A stretch of DNA of 64,000 bases from an uncultured delta proteobacterium. Lineage in GTDB: Bacteria; Myxococcota_A; Polyangia; Polyangiales; JAFGIB01. The notes under the pieces were generated by a model, which saw nothing but the letters and a program-made list of their open reading frames with translations, did no database searches and was not told the origin of the DNA. The position numbers and the translations under genes are program-made. Shown here piece after piece: positions 58,507-64,000 of the stretch. Each line of letters opens with the position of its first letter. Position 1 is the stretch's first letter. The stretch spans positions 832,001 to 896,000 of the forward strand of contig CAVZVA010000010.1 of the NCBI GenBank assembly GCA_963778655.1, read 5' to 3'.

Positions 58507-58670
58507 GCCATCGACGCACTATTGCATAGAGCACGGGCGGCGGGCCAAGGCCGCGCACGCTCTTGCTCGCGGTGCGGCCGGGGGCGTGATAGAACACTCA
58601 GACGCCCTCGCGGCTGCGAGCGTCTTCGCCCCGCCGACGGCGATGCGGAGAACACGTGCGGCAAACGGCG

Positions 58671-59528
58671 ATGCTCCGGTTTCTGGACCTGCTTCGCAAG
58701 GAGCTCGATGCGAAGGATGCGCGCCTCGAGCTCGGCGGAAGCGATCCGGACGACTCGCAGCTGCTGTGGACCGGGCTACAAGGCGGATGGCGGCTGGTCG
58801 CGGTGTTCGACGCCGCGCCTGCCGACCGCGGCGACAAGCAAGCGCAGCTCGAGCAGCTGGCGCGCGGATTCGCCCACACGCTGAGCGACCCCAGCATCCC
58901 CACCCCGTCGGTGCTGCCGATCGAGTCGCCCTATCGCCGGCTCGACGCCGCGCTCGAGGCGCTGCGCAGCCGCAGTGGGGGCGTGGGCGTGGTGGTGGTG
59001 GATCTGCACTCACCGGTGTTGTGGGGCTCGTCCGAGCCGCAGCGCCACACCGACGACGTCGAGGCGATGGTGCAAATCGGCGCCGCGCTGCGGGCCACGC
59101 TGGAGTCGGGCATCACGCTCGATGCGATCTGTGCAATGAACGCCGACGACGTACCGGCGCGGCTGCGCGATCTGGGTGTGAACGCGGACCGCGCGAGCTT
59201 GCTCGGTGGGGTGCTCTCGCAGCGTGACGAGACGGCGCTGCGCCATCACCTGCTGACCTGTCTGGCGGTAGCGCGGGCGCGCGGCGAGGCCGAATCGTCG
59301 GGCACGCGCTGGGCGCATCACGAGGCGCAGTTCGGCTACTTCGTGCGCAGCTTCGCCAACATCTACCTGCTGGTGGACGTGTTCGAGGGCGCATTCAGCG
59401 AGCTGTACGTGGAGTCGGCCGTGGTCCACGCGCTGCCGGGGATCGAGCACCTGTTGCTGGTGCTGCCCCCGCTCGACCCGGACCCTGCGGCGCAGGGCGG
59501 GCGCGTGATTCGGCTGCGCCGCAGGTAG
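58671..59528 (+). CDS. Hypothetical protein
   Basis: Clean high-GC3 ORF filling the gap; no recognised motif. Confidence 0.7.
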   Translation: MLRFLDLLRKELDAKDARLELGGSDPDDSQLLWTGLQGGWRLVAVFDAAPADRGDKQAQLEQLARGFAHTLSDPSIPTPSVLPIESPYRRLDAALEALRSRSGGVGVVVVDLHSPVLWGSSEPQRHTDDVEAMVQIGAALRATLESGITLDAICAMNADDVPARLRDLGVNADRASLLGGVLSQRDETALRHHLLTCLAVARARGEAESSGTRWAHHEAQFGYFVRSFANIYLLVDVFEGAFSELYVESAVVHALPGIEHLLLVLPPLDPDPAAQGGRVIRLRRR

Positions 59529-59534
59529 CGGTGC

Positions 59535-60698
59535 ATGCAGCCCTTGCGCGGCAGCCGCGGGCGGACGCTGCTCAAGGCGGCGGCGTTTCGCGCGTTCGCG
59601 CTGCTGCTGGGGCTGGGCGCGTCGCTGCTGCTGCTGGAGCTGGGGCTACGCGTCTTCGGCTACGACGGCGCGCGCGAACGCACGCAGCGGGTATTCGATC
59701 CCAAGTACGGCACGGTCAACGCCGATAGCTGGATCTTTCACTTCGACATCGATCCCAAGCGCTACTTCGCGGTCGACATCCGCGGGCAGCTGGTGCCGCT
59801 GCGCAAGGCCCCGGGCGAGAGTCGCGTGCTGTTCGTGGGCGACTCGGCGACCGAGGGCGCCTTCGTCACGCTGAAGCAGTCGTTTCCGCTGCGCTTCAAG
59901 CAGCTGCTCGACCAGCGCGATCCCGGTAACCACGTGCGCGTGATCAACGCCGGCGTCTGGGGCATGACCACGATCGACGAGTATCATCTACTGCGCGACA
60001 AGCTGCTGCCGCTCAAGCCCGACGTGGTGGTGCTGGGATTGTTCATGTCCAACGACATCAACTGGAACCTCGGCCACGTCCAGCGCAGGCTGCGCTACCT
60101 CGCCCCGGCGTGGCTCGAGCGGGCGCGCGCACGCTCGGCGCTGGTGCACTTCTTGTTCCTGCAGGCGCTGGCGCTCAACCAGCGCTACCGCTTCGTGCGC
60201 AGCGACAGCTTGGGCGCGCGCTGGGTGCCGGCGCGTATCGCGCTCGTGGACAGCTACGGGCTGCACATGCTGAGCTACCCGGCAGGCGAGCTCGCGCTCT
60301 ACATGCGGAGGCCTTCCGTGCTCGCGGACGAGGCGTTCTCGGTGCTGCACGACGTGCTCGCGCAGCTGCTCGCTCTCGGCGCCCGCCATGGCTTTACGCT
60401 GCGCGTGCTGCTGATCCCGACGCCATCGGCGGTCGCCGGTCGGCTCACGCTGCTGCACTATCCCGACTTCCTCAGCCAGCTGCGCGCGCAGGGCATCTCG
60501 ATCCACGAGGGCGACCTCGATTTCGGGCTGCCCACGCGGCGCGTGCTCGCGATCTGCCAGCAACTCAAGCTCGGCTGCACCGATGCCACTCCAAACATGA
60601 AGCGGTTGGGGCCCGCAGCCTTCTTTCCCCACGACGAGCATCCGACCGTGGCCGGTCACGAGGCGCTCGCACGGGCACTGCTCGAGTCGGGACCGTGA
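59535..60698 (+). CDS. SGNH/GDSL hydrolase family protein
   Basis: N-terminal TM; VGDSAT, INAGVWG, SND and DEHP blocks. Confidence 0.88.
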   Translation: MQPLRGSRGRTLLKAAAFRAFALLLGLGASLLLLELGLRVFGYDGARERTQRVFDPKYGTVNADSWIFHFDIDPKRYFAVDIRGQLVPLRKAPGESRVLFVGDSATEGAFVTLKQSFPLRFKQLLDQRDPGNHVRVINAGVWGMTTIDEYHLLRDKLLPLKPDVVVLGLFMSNDINWNLGHVQRRLRYLAPAWLERARARSALVHFLFLQALALNQRYRFVRSDSLGARWVPARIALVDSYGLHMLSYPAGELALYMRRPSVLADEAFSVLHDVLAQLLALGARHGFTLRVLLIPTPSAVAGRLTLLHYPDFLSQLRAQGISIHEGDLDFGLPTRRVLAICQQLKLGCTDATPNMKRLGPAAFFPHDEHPTVAGHEALARALLESGP

Positions 60699-62239
60699 GC
60701 GGGACCGCGCCCGCGAAGCCGATGGCGGCGGCGGGTGATCGGCTCGGCCGCGCGTTGCAGCTCGCCATGCTGGCGCTCTCGGCCGCGGCGTTGATCACGT
60801 TCGGCTGGACCGTGGCGGGACGCATCGGCTTTGCCTGGCCGCTCGAGTGGATGGAGGGCGCGAGCGTGCAGCACGCGCTGCGCCTGCTGCACGGCGAGCC
60901 GCTGTATCCGGCGCCAAGCGCGGCGTTCATCCCGTATCTGTACCCGCCGCTCTCGTACCTGCCGATGGCGCTTTCACTGCGGGTGTTCGGCCCGAGCTTG
61001 CCCGCCGCGCGCCTGGCCTCGCTCGGCTGCAGCCTGCTGTCGCTGTGGCTGCTGGGGCGCGCGGCGGCGCGCACCGCCCGTGACGCGACGTCCGTTGCAT
61101 CCCCGCATGCAGCCGGTGCGGATGCGACTCCAGCCTGCGCGGCGTGCGGCTGGCTCGCGGCCGCCACCTTCGCGCTCGGCTTCGGTTACACCGGCGCGTT
61201 TCTCGATCTCGCGCGCGTCGATGCCTGCTTCATCATGCTGGTGTTGGCCGGTGCCGAGCGCCTGCAGGCGGGAAGACCGCGGGCCGCGCTCGCCTGGCTG
61301 GCGTTGTCGGCTTTCGCCAAGCAGCACGGCCTGTTGTTGCTGCTGGGCGCTGCGCTCGGCTTGCTGGCGCAGGACCGCCGGCGTCACGGCGCGGCGGTGG
61401 CGATCGCGCTCGCTGCCGTGAGCGGCGTCTACGGGGCGCTCGCGCTCGCGACCTCCGGTTGGCTGGCGCGCTACTGCCTGCTGCTTCCGCTCGGGCATGG
61501 CTTGGAGTGGCCGCTGCTGGGCAGCTTCTTCCTGGTCGACCTGCTGCTGTACTTGCCGGTGCTCACGCTGGCGGCCGGTGCCGGGCTGTGGCGGCGCTGG
61601 CCGCGGCTCGGCCCGTTCGATGCCCTGTTGTGCGCAGCGCTGCTCGCGAGCGCGCTCGGCCGCGCCCATCCCGGCGGCCACGACAACGTGCGCCTGCCGG
61701 CGTTCGCGCTGCTGTGCATCGCCGGCGTCGCCCCGCTGTGCCGGCGCGCGCTCGAACCGGGTGCCGCGCGCGGGCGGCTGCTGGCGTTCTTCGCGCTGTG
61801 GGTGCAGCTCGCGATGCTGTGGCAGGCGCCGAGCGCGCACCAGCCGCCTGCAAGCAGCGCCGCATCGTTTGGCGCGTTGCGCGCCGCGCTGCAGCGCTGC
61901 GCCGGCGGCGGCTCCGCGGTGGCGCTCGACTATGCGCTGCTCGCGGGCACGCCCTTCGCGCACACCATGGCGCTTTCGGATCTGCGCATGGGCCGCGACC
62001 GCGTGCTCGCCCGCGCCGGCACCGCGGCAATGCTCGACGCGCTGGCTTCGCCGCAGGCCCCGGCGGCGGTCGCGGTGGGCGAGCGCTTCGCTGCGCTGCA
62101 GCGCGTGCTCCAGCGGCACTACCACGAGTGCGCGCGCGTGCCCGCGCCCACGCCGGCCACCGGCTACCGCCCCGGGCTTTTCACGCCGGGCGGCCTGGTG
62201 CAGATCGTCTACGCGCGCGGAGCCGCCGCTTCGCGCTAA
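60695..62239 (+). CDS. Multi-pass membrane protein, putative GT-C-fold glycosyltransferase
   Basis: PLEWMEG, YLYPPL, DLARVD and FAKQ motifs; GTGA overlap with the SGNH gene. Confidence 0.7.
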   Translation: MSGTAPAKPMAAAGDRLGRALQLAMLALSAAALITFGWTVAGRIGFAWPLEWMEGASVQHALRLLHGEPLYPAPSAAFIPYLYPPLSYLPMALSLRVFGPSLPAARLASLGCSLLSLWLLGRAAARTARDATSVASPHAAGADATPACAACGWLAAATFALGFGYTGAFLDLARVDACFIMLVLAGAERLQAGRPRAALAWLALSAFAKQHGLLLLLGAALGLLAQDRRRHGAAVAIALAAVSGVYGALALATSGWLARYCLLLPLGHGLEWPLLGSFFLVDLLLYLPVLTLAAGAGLWRRWPRLGPFDALLCAALLASALGRAHPGGHDNVRLPAFALLCIAGVAPLCRRALEPGAARGRLLAFFALWVQLAMLWQAPSAHQPPASSAASFGALRAALQRCAGGGSAVALDYALLAGTPFAHTMALSDLRMGRDRVLARAGTAAMLDALASPQAPAAVAVGERFAALQRVLQRHYHECARVPAPTPATGYRPGLFTPGGLVQIVYARGAAASR

Positions 62240-62428
62240 ATCGGAGCTCGCGATTCGGGATCGCATCACGAGCTCTGATTTCTGCTTTGATTGTCAGGGA
62301 GTCGCGCCGACTCCCTGTGCGCGAGGCAAAGCCTCGCCCATTCACCGCTCTCGCGGTGGTGCGGCATCTGCCGCACCGCTGCATGACCGATCGGCATGGC
62401 CGTTCCCGAATCGTGATCGGTCATTTAG
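62236..62428. mobile_element. 193-bp multi-hairpin element with imperfect terminal inverted repeats (MITE-like or structured RNA)
   Basis: Ends CTAAAT...ATTTAG; both ends carry CRCGATTCGGGAWCG at the same offset; six consecutive hairpins. Confidence 0.55.
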
Positions 62429-62442
62429 AGTCGGCGTCCGTC

Positions 62443-63645
62443 ATGTCGCCCGACACCACGCCCAGCTTGCTGCTCGCCCCTGAGCGCGAGCGCTCCTTGC
62501 TGCGCCGCCACCCCTGGGTGTTCTCCGGTGCGGTGCGGGAGCTGCGCGGGCAGGCCGAACGCGGCCAGACCGTGCAGGTGTGCGCCGCCGACGGCCGTTT
62601 TCTGGCCTGGGCGGCCTACAATCCGGGCTCGCGCATCGCCGCGCGGGTGTGGAGCTTCGAGCAGGCCGAGCGCATCGACGACGCGTTCTTCGCCCGCCGC
62701 GTGCAGGCCGCGCTGCAAGCCCGCCGCGCGCTGCTCGCCCCGGCCGACGCCGAGGCCTGCCGCCTGATCCACGCCGAGTCCGACGGCCTGCCCGGGCTCG
62801 TGGTCGACCGCTTCGGCGCGCAACTGGCGCTGCAGGCAACCTCGGCGGGCGCCGCGTGCCAGCGCGAGCCAATCGTGCGCGCGCTGTGCGAAGCGACCGG
62901 TCTGGACCGCGTCTACGAGCGCAGCGAGGGCGAGGCCCTGCAGCTCGAGGGGCTTTCGCCGCGGCAGGGCGTGCTGCACGGCGGCGAGCCCGACGCCGAG
63001 CTGGTGATCGAGGAGCGCGGCGTGCGCTACGTGCTCGACCTGCGCGGCGGCCACAAGACCGGTTTCTACCTCGACCAGCGCGACAACCGCAGCCTCGCGC
63101 GCAGCCTCGCGCCCGGGCGCGACGTGCTCGACTGCTTCTGCTACAGCGGCGGCTTCGCGCTCAGCGCGGCGCTCGGCGGCGCGCGCTCGGTGCAGGCCGT
63201 CGACAGCTCCGAGCACGCGCTCGCGCTCGGCCGGCGCAACGCGCGCTTGAATGCGCTGCCCGACCCGGCGATCGACTTCGTACGCGCGGACGTGTTCGCG
63301 TGGCTGCGCACGGCCCGTGACGCGCGCCGCAGCTACGACCTGATCGTGCTCGACCCGCCCAAGCTCGCGCCCACCGCGCGGCTGGCCGAGCGTGCGGCGC
63401 GCGCGTACAAGGATCTCAACCTGCTCGCGTTCAAGCTGCTACGGCCCGGCGGGCTCTTGCTGACCTTCTCCTGCTCGGGCGGCGTGTCGCGCGAGCTGTT
63501 TCAGAAGATCGTGGCCGGCGCCGCGCTCGACGCGCGCGCCGAGGCCGCGTTCGTGCGCCAGCTTGGCGCAGGCCCGGATCATCCGGTCGCGCTCGCGTTT
63601 CCCGAGGGCGAGTACCTCAAGGGGTTGCTCTGTCGCGTGGTGTGA
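62443..63645 (+). CDS. rlmI: RlmI-like class I SAM-dependent rRNA methyltransferase
   Basis: RRHPWVFSGA, HAESDGLPGLVVDRF, GHKTGFYLDQRDNR, DCFCYSGGF, LDPPK and FSCSG motifs. Confidence 0.9.
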   Translation: MSPDTTPSLLLAPERERSLLRRHPWVFSGAVRELRGQAERGQTVQVCAADGRFLAWAAYNPGSRIAARVWSFEQAERIDDAFFARRVQAALQARRALLAPADAEACRLIHAESDGLPGLVVDRFGAQLALQATSAGAACQREPIVRALCEATGLDRVYERSEGEALQLEGLSPRQGVLHGGEPDAELVIEERGVRYVLDLRGGHKTGFYLDQRDNRSLARSLAPGRDVLDCFCYSGGFALSAALGGARSVQAVDSSEHALALGRRNARLNALPDPAIDFVRADVFAWLRTARDARRSYDLIVLDPPKLAPTARLAERAARAYKDLNLLAFKLLRPGGLLLTFSCSGGVSRELFQKIVAGAALDARAEAAFVRQLGAGPDHPVALAFPEGEYLKGLLCRVV

Positions 63646-63828
63646 GTGCAGGTGCGCGCGCTCGGTTGAGGCGGGCGTGCGCGATCATTCGTGCTTGACG
63701 CCGCGCGCTGCACATGCCGCACAATGGATCGCGCAGCGCCCGTCGCCACGCGCGCGCACGGCATTTCAGGGGATGTGCCGCGCCGGCGGAGTGCGTATCG
63801 TCGGGCCACTTCTTCGAGGAGGAACGCC

Positions 63829-64000
63829 ATGTCACGCATCGGATATGCCTTGATCGCGATCTCGTTCGCGCTGGCCGCGCCCTTGGGCGCGCGCGCGCAG
63901 CAGGCGCAGGCCGGCGGGCAGGCCAGCGGCGGCGGCAGCGCCGACATCGAGCTCGGCGCGATCCATCCCAGTCAGGTCGAGATGAACGCGGGCGCGCGCT
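63829..64000 (+). CDS. Secreted protein, 5' part only (runs off the window)
   Basis: GAGGAGG RBS at 63816-63822; MSRIGYALIAISFALAAPLGARA signal peptide. Confidence 0.75.
   Translation, partial: MSRIGYALIAISFALAAPLGARAQQAQAGGQASGGGSADIELGAIHPSQVEMNAGAR

Overview
A very GC-rich bacterial chromosomal segment. Gene content (eukaryote-like Ser/Thr kinases, TPR-PEGA protein, Cys-rich and VWA lipoproteins, tandem PilT ATPases, steroid 5-alpha-reductase-like gene) points to Myxococcota, probably Polyangiales-like (inference). Most of 9.6-64 kb is ordinary: MoxR-DUF58-transglutaminase, rpe, dapF, two pilT-like genes, hppD-hmgA-FAH, htpG, lhr, an ABC exporter, purA with a divergent LysR, trmO and rlmI. 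The first 9.5 kb is an accessory hotspot. It holds a decayed HUH/RAYT-like transposase, three GT-C-type membrane glycosyltransferases, and a 5.3-kb mosaic in which six copies of a ~50-bp motif sit at the junctions between a Uma2 nuclease gene, HigBA, VapBC, PIN fragments and duplicated 3' ends of a glycosyltransferase gene; a nucleotidyltransferase remnant closes the mosaic. This repeat-punctuated toxin-antitoxin array is the best candidate for an undescribed system. Other notable items: two tandem histidine kinases with degenerate ATP-binding boxes, an MshEN-like-PilT fusion near a PilZ-pseudoreceiver gene, a 4-copy periodic inverted-repeat family, a perfect 41-bp palindrome resembling fused IS200/IS605 ends, a 193-bp multi-hairpin MITE-like element, and a recurrent leaderless-gene signature. 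No rRNA, tRNA, CRISPR array, integrase or reverse transcriptase was seen. All family calls come from motif recognition by eye, not database searches.
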